Shown here: positions 12,951 through 24,374 of the stretch, in pieces
How positions within the stretch are numbered: position 1 is the first letter of the stretch
How the letters are laid out: the number at the start of each line of letters is the position of its first letter
NCBI RefSeq assembly: GCF_006345805.1
Contig: NW_021831284.1
Location: forward strand, 62,001-126,000
Length of the DNA: 64,000 nt
From: Octopus sinensis
Lineage: Eukaryota
Direction of reading: 5' to 3'
Translations under genes and position numbers: made by a program
The notes under the pieces: model-generated
The model's input: only the letters and a program-made list of their open reading frames with translations
Databases searched by the model: none
Told to the model about the DNA's origin: nothing

Positions 12951-14059
12951 ATGAGTTACGCTAACAAAGATGAGAGCATTAACTGTCTAAACATTGCTAA
13001 AAAATATATCAAACAAAAAGACTACGAAAATGCAGAAAAATATTTATCAAAATCATTAAAACTTTTTCCCACATCTGAAGCTCAAGGTATTATCTATTTC
13101 AAAATCTCAGAACTCCTAACAACAATTCGCCTAAAAGCTCCTTCATTTACTCCCAAACAAAAAGAATTAGCAGATAGGTAATAAGTCATAATACTTTCAG
13201 AGTGTTCAAAGAGACTGACTACTACAGAATCTTGGGAGTGTCCCGTTCTGCTTCCACAGACGAAATCAAGTCAGCTTATCGAAAACTGGCACTTAAGTTA
13301 CATCCTGACAAGAACAGCGCTCCTAACGCATCTGATGCTTTTAAATGTATAAATTAAAAATAGTTTCATCAGCGGTAAACCTGGCTTTCTCTGTTCTAAC
13401 GGATGAGGATAAGCGAAACAGCTACGATTTGAACGGTGTTCGGCCAGTTCGTTCTCATTCTGGTTGAGTTTGAATGCTTTGATTTTTAGAAAATGTATCA
13501 CCCGATGATATATTTCGAGCCTTTTTTGAAAATGGAAGTAATTTTAAAAATTGTATTTTTAGTGCATCAAAGACAATTTTTTTACTATACTAACCAGCGT
13601 CAAGCACGGCATTCTCACAGTCCACAAAGGGAGACCTCTCTTTTCCAATGGGTTGGTGCAATTCCTTTGCTTCTGTTCGTTGTACTCCCACTTTTATCCT
13701 CGTTATTCGCCCCGAGTTCTCCTTTCTCTCTCCACCAGACCTCGTAATATAATTTTAAAAATTCTATAGGAGTTACTCTGTTCTACGTACAGTTGATCGC
13801 GTACAGCTTCCCTACTATGTTAAAACTGATTTTGACGGCGACGTGAGTAAAGTGGAGAGAAAAGTGATTGAATCATACATTGAACATTTCTCAGAGTTGT
13901 GTCAACAGGAGAGACAATATAGTTGTAGAATTTCTTTATGAATTTTTAGAGGCCAGACTTGAGTTGTTTTCAATGTATGGAGATTCTGAGTCACGAAATA
14001 AACTTGCTCAGTTAACAATGCCTAATTGTAAACGACTTAAGGAGATTTCATCTTTGTAG
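12951..14059 (+). CDS. DNAJB12: DnaJ homolog subfamily B member 12/14-like (J domain, TM, DUF1977)
   Basis: [17 protein letters not shown]..; J domain [25 protein letters not shown]; TM segment; C-terminal LPYYVK..KVERKV. Introns 13087-13110, 13178-13200, 13347-13372, 13463-13489, 13538-13562, 13744-13769, 13922-13949 (23-28 nt). Confidence 0.95.
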
Positions 14060-14929
14060 TGTTTATTATTTGGGTTTTAAATATATTTATTAATAAATCA
14101 TTTGATATTTACACATATTTGAGTAATAATTGACATGTGCCATTTTCTGGGAGACTATAGGAACATCCTGGATGATATTGAAGTCGGGTGGTATGCCTTC
14201 TCTCGAAATGCCATATTTGCACACGATTGTCAAAAATTCTTTTCCCTTTCCGAGAAAATACTGAAGATATGTAGGAATAGTTGTGTCTATTGAGGTAGTC
14301 ATTTTCTAGTGCAGCGTTTCCCAAAGTGGGTGTCGCGGGCAAATTATCTAAGTAAATTTCTTTTATTCAAACAAAATTAGATGTTAGCTAGAGTCTGAGA
14401 GAGTAGTTGAGAGCCTAAGGGACCCGTGTACTGCGTATTGAATGGCAATTTCAGCGGAGCACAGCGACCGAAAGAGCCAGGTCGTCTCCCTCCAGTCGTT
14501 TGTTTTCAAGGAGATTCTCCTACTAATGTCAGTAAGGAATTAAGTCGCGCCCTTGTCGACGATTCTTGAAGTTTCAAAGGCAAAGGGGCAAACTCAAGAG
14601 TCCGGAATACACAGGTATTTCGTTTTCTTTAACTTTTCGGCCTGAGCAGTGGGGGAGCCCGAGTTGCTGCAAGTCTATGGTAGCATATTGCCGAAAAAGA
14701 GTCAACGCAGCTGGCGTCCCAAACCAGGGACTTACCTCTTCTGAAAGAAAAGGTCGTCATCCCGTCGGGCGCTTTCCGTCGCTCCGTTCTAGAGCCCTCC
14801 TGAAAACGTCATTGAGTTGAATGTGGCGAGGAATTCTACCGGCACTCTTCTTAAACGACAAGGCGTGCAAGCCGTTTGACAAAATTGTGAATCCGCACTG
14901 GCAAGGGTAGGGTTGGCAGATGTCCAATA

Positions 14930-15425
14930 AAAAAATTTGAATTTTTTACCGTCTTGTGGAGATGAATGATACAGTTGTCATGCGAAAATTTGCAAAACTG
15001 AAGGACTATGAACTTCCCCGTACTGAAATGGAGTCAGTTGCCTTCCTTCAAGAGGATGGAATCTTTCTTAAAGAAAAAAAATGTCAAAACAGACATTTTA
15101 TGACCCTTCTCCAACAGCAGGAGAATACAACATGGTTGTGCCATAAAAGTGGGTGTCGAACATATAGTTCAAGTGAGCCATTTAGATAACTCCTTCGATG
15201 AGCTAATAAATGCCATTGTCAAATTTTGTCCGCCGATATCACGCTTCTTACAACCAGCTGACCTTTTTTGTTGTAATAAAGATTTTTTCACTGAGGGAAT
15301 GATGATAAGCATCTTTATTAACCGACAACTGTGTCTTTTTAGACAGGTGGTCGTTAATAGCTCAGATTTAATTCTGTCAGTATTGTTTTGACACCACTAA
15401 GCCGGTAAAAATTCAAATTTTTTTA
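14930..15425 (+). mobile_element. Merlin (IS1016/ISXO2-like) remnant
   Basis: Inverted ends AAAATTTGAATTTTTTACCG / CGGTAAAAATTCAAATTTT; ORF 14956-15189 with FLQEDG..C...W.C....C pattern like the Merlin N-termini at 48460 and 52746. Confidence 0.55.
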
Positions 15426-15480
15426 AAAATAAAATTTACAAAATCGGCATAGTTCAATTTTTTAAATTTTCGATCTAATA

Positions 15481-16071
15481 TGTCGCGAGCGCAGCGAGCG
15501 ACCACTCAATTTCTAGATCCGATCAATCAAAAAATCTATAAATTGACAAATACCCAGGCATGTATTTGGGATTAAATATATTCGATAACAAAAATTAAAA
15601 TCGATGCCAAAGCAGAATGAGCTTTAAAACCGATTTCATAAATAAAAATAATATTTTAAAATTTATAATTGATATTTTAGAATAATGAGAAAAAATCTAA
15701 ATGCTTCATAATTTATAAAAATGTCAAAACAAGAATCTTCTGAAGGAGCAAGCCTGTCTGCACAGTTCATTTTTGATTAGAAGACCTAATTTTAGAGATT
15801 AAAACGAAAAAATAGCAATGAGATCTGTCAAATTATTACCCCCCTCACAACCTAAACCAAATTAGCGTTCAGTATTCATTGATTTTACTTTTTCTATTAA
15901 GGTCTACTTATAAATTATTTTATGGGATTCAATGGAAAACTTAAGTTATTTCAATTTTAATTTTAAATCATGTTAAAATTTTAAATAATTTAATAAATAT
16001 ATTTGTTGATGATAGGCTTGTTAGGTGTCAAAGTCGCGTCTAGCGCTCGGTCGCGCGCTGCGCTCGCGACA
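15481..16071. mobile_element. MITE with TGT...ACA termini and 5-bp TSD (Ginger-like, unassigned)
   Basis: TIR TGTCGCGAGCGCAGCG(A/C)GCGACC; TAATA at 15476-15480 and 16072-16076. Confidence 0.75.
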
Positions 16072-16548
16072 TAATATTCATAAAAATTTTCATTAATTCA
16101 TTTAAAGGCTATTTTCGTGCAGGATGAAATGCAACAGTACCAAAAATCCTTTCTCCTTATAATTAGCCAATAATAGGGAATAAGTCCAAAATGATAAAGT
16201 CCTCCAATTATTTGTTTGTAGTAAATTATGTGTGCAAGGTTTAACTATATAAAGATAAAGAAAAAAAACTTATCAAATTCAGTTCCATTTAGATATTTTT
16301 TTCGTTAAATTTATGTAATGAATGCTCAAATTTTATTTTCGTTAGATGAATAGTCCACTGTATATCTACTTTGCTCAAAGAAAGTGCGACTTAAGCATAC
16401 TGAATATGACCACCAATCTTTTAATTATTACTTGTAAAGAAATATACGCTATCTCCGGATTAAATCATTTTCGTTGATTATTAAGATACGATTAAGCAAT
16501 AAAAATCATTAAAAAGTTAAAATTGAATAAATTAAAAAAACATTTTCT

Positions 16549-17992
16549 TCACAACCTGTTTTCCTCCAATACCTATATATATTCAACAAAATAAACATTA
16601 TTAATATTTTTCAGAGCATTTAAAGTTTTCAGAAATGTTTCAACATTAATGTCTTGGTACTTTTGTCGAAGTGGTCGCATTTTTTTAGGCCTTTAAAAAA
16701 TCTAATAATTTTTGAGGTGGAATATATATATTTTATTTAAGTCGCTCTATCAATAATTTAAAATATTATTAACAGAAAATGCACTGCATCCTCCTTCTTA
16801 TTGGGAGCTGTCGGAATTTGATGTGCATAAGTCCACAACAGAATTTTCCATGTGACCTATAGTGCCAGTATTCAATATTAGGTACATGCTCGCCATAATA
16901 TTAAACAAAATTAGAAAATAAATAGTAAAAATTTAATAATATTTAAATATTGATAGAGCGCTTAACTTCAATAAAAGATAATATATTCCACCTCAAAAAT
17001 TATAGATTTTTTAAAAGGCCTAAAAAAACTGGACACTTCGACAAAAGTACCGGTTTTTTTTAGTTAGTTATTTTTTCAGAATTTATGTGGCGAAACAAAT
17101 ACAGAACTATAGGAATCTTTTGACAGATTGTAAAAGACATAAATTCTTCTACAGTCCTGGAATTTGGATGCCGAGACTAAAATGACTAAATTGGTTAAAT
17201 AAAATTTTAAATAATTTTAATAACCATTTAAATTATTGAAGAGGGTTAAAATTAATAACTATTTTTCACTAAAAAAATTAATTAATTTTAATTATCTTCA
17301 AAAAAAACTGCGACCACTTCGACAAAAGTACCAATGTCTTCAATTTCAATACGGTATGAAGATGACGGAGAGGTCTCAGATAAAATTGACTCGAAAACGA
17401 GTTTGTTCCTCCGAAAATTTTGGAGATATTGGACAAATTCTTCTCTAGATAAACAATCTAGCCACGAATGGGGAGACAGTCTTTCGACTTGTTCAACGAA
17501 TGAGGATTTGAGGTTCTCATCTATACTCTCTCCCGTCGAAATATATTTTAATTCAGAGTCAATAGTATTTCTTAAAAATAATTTAATAAAGATTAATTCT
17601 AATTATTTTAGGTTAAATTATTTAAAAATATATAAAATTACTTTCGGGGAGAAGTGTTTGTATATTGGGTGGATTCCAAGATATAATCGGCAATTGATGA
17701 TAGTTTGTCTACAATTTTAGGATCTGACAAATCCTAAAAAATAGAAATGTTTTTAGTGCCTTGAATATTATGGGTTTCTTCGGTAATACAATTCCAAGAT
17801 TATCTATAGCATTGAAAACGACTAAAACATAATTATATAGCTTTAATTACATTCTGTAATAAAAGAAGGTTCTGCTTTCCTAAATTTGTTCATCGTATTT
17901 TCAAATGAAGGGTCGAACCTTTATTTAAAGATTTTTAATTACCTTTTGAGTATTTCTCTATATTTATCCAAGATATTGAAAGAATTATTCAT
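16549..17992 (-). CDS. Orphan protein (~195 aa) with tiny introns, disrupted by a Merlin MITE in an exon
   Basis: MNNSFNILDKYREILKRFDPSFENT..LPKKPIIFKDLSDPK..DENLKSSFVEQVERLSPHSWLDCLSREEFVQYLQNF..RIEIEDI|NVETFLKTLNALKNINNVLEENRL*. Removing 16656-17332 plus one TSD restores the frame; needs 24-, 29-, 26- (GC-AG), ~71- and 24-nt introns. Confidence 0.65.
16656..17332. mobile_element. Merlin-family MITE with an internal inverted duplication
   Basis: TIR GGTACTTTTGTCGAAGTGGTCGCA; 8-bp TSD AATGTCTT (16648-16655, 17333-17340); extra inverted copy of the left arm at ~16790-17051; same family as 52542-53404. Confidence 0.93.
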
Positions 17993-19695
17993 TATCGACG
18001 ACCAAACAAACGTATTTTGATTAGAACAATATTTTATTACAAATTAATATTAAAGTTTAAATAAATCTCTTTCAATTTTTAAAAAAATAAAATTAATAGT
18101 TATTTAGTTAGCGTAATTTGTTGTATTTTGTTACATCAACCTCACCCTCTTACGGCCCACGTTCAATAGTCGGAGTCCTTAAAGTTTCGCTTATGCCGTA
18201 CTCTCAACTATCCTCCCAGTCAGTCTTTTTCATCTAGTTGACATTCTTGAAAATTTCGACAAAATGAAGAGCCACTTTTTACCACTTGTATTATTATGCA
18301 CTTTCACGAATGCCATAATGTCTATAGCCACATGTACAACACTCTAAGAAACAATATTTATAATTAGTTTTTTTTATCTTCCTTTGTCGAATGCGAGTAG
18401 TCTACACTTTTCCAGATAGTCTTTAGACTTGTTTAGAACCGACGGAGGTGAGCATCACGTGTTTAGATTGTCTGCAGATATTGGAAGTGGGGAAAAGGAG
18501 GAAGTATGATAAGAGCTCCTTGCATAAGAGCTTGGGATGACGCATTAGTGTAAAGTCCATGTCATTCCGTGTGTGATAACATGGGATAAACTGCTGACTG
18601 AGTACCACAAGGGGTGCTTATGATAGTTGGTTGTTAAATACAGTCAACTGTTCTTAAGAGAATTCTGGATTGTATTTTGTTTAATTCAGTCTTTTCCTGA
18701 CATTCAGTCAGAGAGAGGGGGTAGACTGCACCTTTCGGAAGTCTTAAAAGAGCCTATAATTTTTTTGAGATGTAAATAAAAATAACAAAATTAAAAAAGC
18801 CTACTGAAGATTCTAAGAGCCACCAAAGGCTCACGAGCCAGCTTTTGCTGACCAAGAACCTGTAGGTGACTAAAATTTTGCTTGTGTCAGCCGAACAAAG
18901 AGAACAATGAAGTTAATTATTCTAATTAATCCCGAATTATAAGTCTTTTTCTTACAGTTTTCTTTTTATTGGTGTGCGATAGTAACGACGCTAAGCATAC
19001 TGGTGCAAAGCTATGCTTAGCTATGTTGAATAATTGGTTTGGTAATAATTTAATAGACTTTTTATTAGGTGCAAGAATTTATAACTTTTATTATATGCAT
19101 TTATAGCTATATTATTTTTTTAGATGCGGTTTCTCTAAATTGGAATTGCAATTATCAAATGTGTGGTTCCGACGTTCGAGTACTCATCGTCTGTGTTTGG
19201 AGTCTGTCTGGTTTTCCCCTTAATAATATCTTGCTTAATTAAAACTATAATTCTTAATTCTTGTATTCTTGTTATTCGAAAACAAAAAAGTACAGCCAAA
19301 CTTTTATTGCTCTCCACGTTTTGCAAAAAATTGAAAATTTTCAAAGAAACCTTTATTCCCCCCCCCAAATTCTAAATCTCGCCACTATTTTACAATATTA
19401 AAAACTGTAATTATTTTCTAAAAAAGTGGAAGTAACCTAATAATTGAAAAAATAACTTGTTTTAGATAAATAACGAAGAATAAATTGCTTTTTGCTTTGT
19501 TTTCCGGTTTGCCTATTAATGTCGTATTAATGGGAATGATATTAAAGCAAATATATCGGTTGAATATAAAATTTGTTGCATGTATAGACTTGGAAATAAA
19601 GATTTGTTCAAAAACCCAGAAGGTCATTATTATAATGATTGTAATATAGCTTATGATTTTTAAATTACCTATTTTATATTTTTAAATAATACAAA

Positions 19696-19836
19696 TTAGA
19701 ACCGCCGACCGATCGAAAATCGATACTTCAACATATTGACTTCTTAGAGCAAAAAAAAAGAATAGTTCAACGTGAACTAAAAGAATATGAGACGTGGGTT
19801 CCAAACTGGAAAAATGATTACGATTTTGATCTTTAA
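19696..19836 (+). CDS. Last exon of a diverged paralog of the orphan family at 20708/23740
   Basis: LEPPTDRKSILQHIDFLEQKKRIVQRELKEYETWVPNW aligns ungapped to LVPPTKEDLRLRSIELLKDQEKIIQSELDYYKKMVDGW (14/36 identical); upstream exons not resolved. Confidence 0.6.
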   Translation, partial: LEPPTDRKSILQHIDFLEQKKRIVQRELKEYETWVPNWKNDYDFDL

Positions 19837-20707
19837 TCAACTAAAAATAAACTTATTATTTAACATACTGTAATCACAACATTCTATATCTTATCTTCAA
19901 TAGTTCTAAAATTTGAACTAAAAAATTTCAAATTTAGTTAAAAGTTACCTACATTTGGAAAATTTTATTTTTAAATTTAGTCTGGTAACAAGTTTTCCGT
20001 TTTGCCCATCTTAATTTCCTAAGTTGTTATTCATATGCTAAATTTATTCAAAGTAGATATTCCATGTTCTTATCTTTAAATCTAACTTTTATTAAAGACT
20101 AGTCTATGTATAACTCAAAAAACAGAAAAATAGTCTTTATTTTAAAAGATAGTCATCACAAATAAATTTTCATTTTTGGTATACATCTTATTTTTAAAAA
20201 GTCGGAAAAGCTTCTTGCTAATTTAATAACCAACTACAATTGGCCTCTAAATGGTAAATGTCAAAACATATTTAATAACAATTATTTGATTCAATAAATT
20301 ATTTATAAACCGCATACTAATTGGTTGGTTTAAGTTTTAATGTCATTACATTTGCATTTTCGATAACAATCAGAACATAATTACTCAATAAAATAGTGAA
20401 TTATTTTTCTTTAAACCTTCGTAAATATAAAAAATTTCGTCAAATACGGAACCATAACTTCAACTTTCTACACTCAATTTTACCAATTCTTTGTTTCTGA
20501 AAATTGTAATAATTATTACTCAAAATAAATAGGAATTTCTTGATGTACTCTTCAGAAATATATAATCAGAATTTTTCGTTCTTGAAGCTTAAAAATGAAA
20601 GTTTTAGTTTAACAGAATAACATATAATTTTGTGGCCATTTTAGTGGTTATTTTGATGCGATAATAAATAAATATATATTGGTTGAATTTGATAGATTGT
20701 TGGAAAG

Positions 20708-21353
20708 ATGTCTGGACACGGAAAAGATGATTTACATAAAAAATTTAAAAGTAGTTGATAGATGGATTATAAATTTTAAGTAAAATAGATAATAAATTTA
20801 CAATTATAAACTTTAAAAAATAGCAAATATTTTTCTAGATCCAGGAAGAAGTAACTTGGACGAATATTATTACGAAATGCCTGACAGTATTTTAAATACA
20901 CCTCATTTTTTAAGATAACTTCAATTACAACGACTACGTTTATGGCCGCGACGTAGATCCCAATAATCCATATTTCTTGCACAAACGTTTAATTAATGAT
21001 AAATATATACAGGAGACAAATATAATTTTGAATATATAGACGCAAATGGAAATTACAATTGTCAAATATTTGATTATGAACGCACTCCAATATTTACTGA
21101 CATTTATAAACGCTTTCCTGAAATGTTTCCGATTTATAATTACGTTCAACCAAGTGAAGAATTACGTACGAGTCGATATCATCGTTTGAATATTTTTTGT
21201 TATTATTGATAAATAGTAGTTCCGCCAACAAAAGAAGATTTGAGACTAAGAAGTATTGAATTATTAAAAGACCAAGAAAAAATTATTCAATCTGAACTGG
21301 ATTATTACAAAAAAATGGTCGATGGTTGGAATCCGACAAAGGAAAAACGATAA
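20708..21353 (+). CDS. Orphan Tyr/Asn-rich protein with C-terminal helical/coiled-coil segment, copy 1 (not in ORF track)
   Basis: Introns 20887-20914, 20987-21012, 21184-21216 give ..EYYYEMPDNNFNYNDYVYGRDVDPNNPYFLHKRDKYNFEYIDANGNYNCQIFDYERTPIFTDIYKRFPEMFPIYNYVQPSEELRTSRYHLVPPTKEDLRL..W NPTKEKR*. First exon and start are uncertain. Confidence 0.7.
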
Positions 21354-21530
21354 TTTTACTATTTAATTTATTTTACTAATGAATTCGTAATCTAATTATC
21401 TTTTTCAGGAATTAATTTATTAATTCTGTGATCAATAACTTATATTAAGAATTTTTAAAATTGATAGAAGTTTTGCAATTTTTCTAAAATTTTTGCAATT
21501 TTTCTGAATTCTAAAATTTTTCGTGGGGTC

Positions 21531-21835
21531 CGCGGCTATCGTGGTTCAACAGGAGGCGAATCGAGGAGGCCCAACAAAGGGCCCTCAGATTAACCGATCG
21601 TTGGTCACATGATAGCCAACGCCCCGGTCCAGCTTCTCTGGAAGACCTCATCAAGCTGAACCTGGGCCCGTCAGCGAATGCTCCGCCAAAAACGGCCTGC
21701 CGCCCAGTGCGATCTTGTGTAGGCTCGTGGAAAGATCACCGAGCAAGGATGAGGTCCCTGGTTGAATGGATCGGGATCACGTGACGTTTATTCGGTTTTT
21801 AGCGTGGTCTTGGTGATTTAATAAATTAATAAATA
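21531..21835 (+). mobile_element. 5'-truncated 3' end of the I/Jockey-like LINE (second copy at ~24538-24845)
   Basis: Near-identical to 60333-60635, ending in a TAAA-repeat tail. Confidence 0.9.
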
Positions 21836-22644
21836 GCGATAGAGAATTGATTAATTGCATTAAACAGTAAAATACAAGAAGAAAATTAAAAATTTCATTT
21901 CTGCTTTGAAAAAGCATCCAGTTAATTATTTCTAATATGATATTAAGACCCTCGTTTTTCACTAAAATAAATAATCTTTCCTTGATAAAAAATTATTATA
22001 AATGCGGCTCCCGAAGCGAAATGAGTTTGACATCGCTGCACTATATTATAAAGAAGTGCCAATCTTTTCAAAATTAAGGGCTCAAAGAAGAATCAAATCT
22101 GAGAAATCTATGGAGCTCTTTCAAAGCTTAAATATTTACGAAACCTAGTTCAGAGGAAAATAAAATCAAAAAAAGTAAAGATTTAATTAATTTTTGTCTC
22201 CAATACGAATTGATACTTTTTGATTGAAGTATTTAATAAGAAATATAGCAGCTAAAAAGCACAAATTCAAGTTTTGTGAAAATGTTCAAAGATTTAAGGA
22301 AAACTTTAGGAAAAAAGCTAAAAAAAACTTGTTGTACACTACTTGATTTCCAAGGATAATAAACTAAGTGTAGAAATAACACTTTTAGAGTCATTTGCCG
22401 ATACAGATTATTAATTAATTAATATTTAGTTAAATTGCATCTAACGATAGTAAGAAACTTTATGTCTTAACTATACTCTCATAAATTTTTTTATTCATTA
22501 TAATAATCGTTTTAAAAAGTATTATTTCATATTTTTGCAATAAGAGGATAATTTTACGTGAGAAATTCAGTTTCGTTCTGAATTTGTCACTCAAGAGATA
22601 TTCTTAATTATTATTATGAAAGCAATCTCGCGGAATCAAAAAGT

Positions 22645-23218
22645 TAATTAAGATTCCACTTTTGCCATCCGACTCAGGATACGCTCTGTTAGTCGTATCC
22701 ACGCTCCCCTGTTACGTGCGAGGTATCTCAGTTCGTCCAGATCATCGGCCGATTTCAGTTTCCTTCCAATCGACGTGAGATCATGGTCGAGCGTAGTCGG
22801 TAATGTTGTTCTTTGTCGGCCCCTATATGCCGTTTTATTTAATGAGCAGAAGTAGGATTCCATGTTCTGATTGGCCGGCGTCATTTCCGAGGCTCTTAGG
22901 ACATGTCCAAAGAGCATCCACTTCGTGGACGTCACTTTCTTTGCAATCTCGGATGTATGAGTGATTCTGTAGAGTTCATTATTGGTCATCTTTTTGGCCA
23001 GTGAATTCCCAGGAGTAGTCGTAGTTGTTTTCTGTGGAAAGAGTTGAACTGCTCCAGTTCTTTAGCGGTTAGGCCCCAGGTCCCCGCGTGTTGTAGAGCA
23101 AGATTGGTTCGACAAAGGAGTTGTACAGCCGAATTCGAAGGCGGGTTCCTATGTACTTGCGCCTCGTCCAGATCGTCCACATTTTTTTGAAGGCTGCAAC
23201 AGCCAGCAACAGCCAGCA
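22645..23218 (-). mobile_element. 5'-truncated RTE 3' end (duplicate at 25650-26213)
   Basis: RLYNSFVEPILLYNAGTWGLT..FHRKQLRLLLG..W..YRGRQRTTLP. Confidence 0.9.
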
Positions 23219-23739
23219 TACATCTTATTTTTAAAAGTCGGAAAAGCTTCTTGCTAATTTAATAACCAACTACATTGACCTCTAAATGGTAAATGTCAAA
23301 ACATATTTATAACAATTATTTGATTCAATAAATTATTTATAAACCGCATACTAATTGGTTGGTTTAAGTTTTAATGTCATTACATTTGCATTTTCGATAA
23401 CAATCAGAACATAATTACTCAATAAAATAGTGAATTATTTTTTTTAAACCTTCGTAAATATAAAAAATTTCGTCAAATACGGAACCATAACTTCAACTTT
23501 CTACACTCAATTTTACCAATTCTTTGTTTCTGAAAATTGTAATAATTATTACTCAAAATAAATAGGAATTTCTTGATGTACTCTTCAGAAATATATAATC
23601 AGAATTTTTCGTTCTTGAAGCTTAAAAATGAAAGTTTTAGTTTAACAGAATAACATATATTTTGTGGCCATTTTAGTGGTTATTTTGATGCGATAATAAA
23701 TAAATATATATTGGTTGAATTTGATAGATTGTTGGAAAG

Positions 23740-24374
23740 ATGTCTGGACACGGAAAAGATGATTTACATAAAAAATTTAAAAGTAGTTGATAGATGGATT
23801 ATAAATTTTAAGTAAAATAGATAATAAATTTACAATTATAAACTTTAAAAAATAGCAAATACTTTTCTAGATCCAGGAAGAAGTAACTTGGACGAATATT
23901 ATTACGAAATGCCTAACAGTATTTTAAGTACAGCTCATTTTTAAGATAACTTCAATTACAACGACTACGTTTATGGACGCGACGTAGATCCCAATAATCC
24001 ATATTTCTTGCACAAACGTTTAATTAATGATAAATATATACAGGAGACAAATATAATTTTGAATATATAGACGCAAATGGAAATTACAATTGTCAAATAT
24101 TTGATTATGAACGCACTCCAATATTTACTGACATTATAAACGCTTTCCTGAAATGTTTCCGATTTATAATTACGTTCAACCAAGTGAAGAATTACGTACG
24201 AGTCGATATCATCGTTTGAATATTTTTTGTTATTATTGATAAATAGTAGTTCCGCCAACAAAAGAAGATTTGAGACTAAGAAGTATTGAATTATTAAAAG
24301 ACCAAGAAAAAATTATTCAATCTGAACTGGATTATTACAAAAAAATGGTCGATGGTTGGAATCCGACAAAGTAA
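23740..24374 (+). CDS. Orphan family copy 2 (1-nt deletion at ~24131 and earlier stop; possible pseudogene)
   Basis: Same exon/intron layout as copy 1; GACATTATAA vs GACATTTATAA frameshift; ends PTK* at 24372-24374. Confidence 0.55.

Noticed and set aside
17334-17720. 128-aa plus-strand ORF as a gene
   Set aside because: It is the antisense shadow of the minus-strand orphan gene, and its ATG lies in the MITE target-site duplication.
18880-19375. 7TM/GPCR-like gene from hydrophobic ORFs
   Set aside because: No consistent spliced frame could be built; hydrophobicity is expected from T-rich sequence.
20940-21149. Minus-strand membrane-protein-like ORF (also 23971-24261)
   Set aside because: It is antisense to the spliced plus-strand orphan gene, which has better support from three in-frame GT-AG introns and a paralog.
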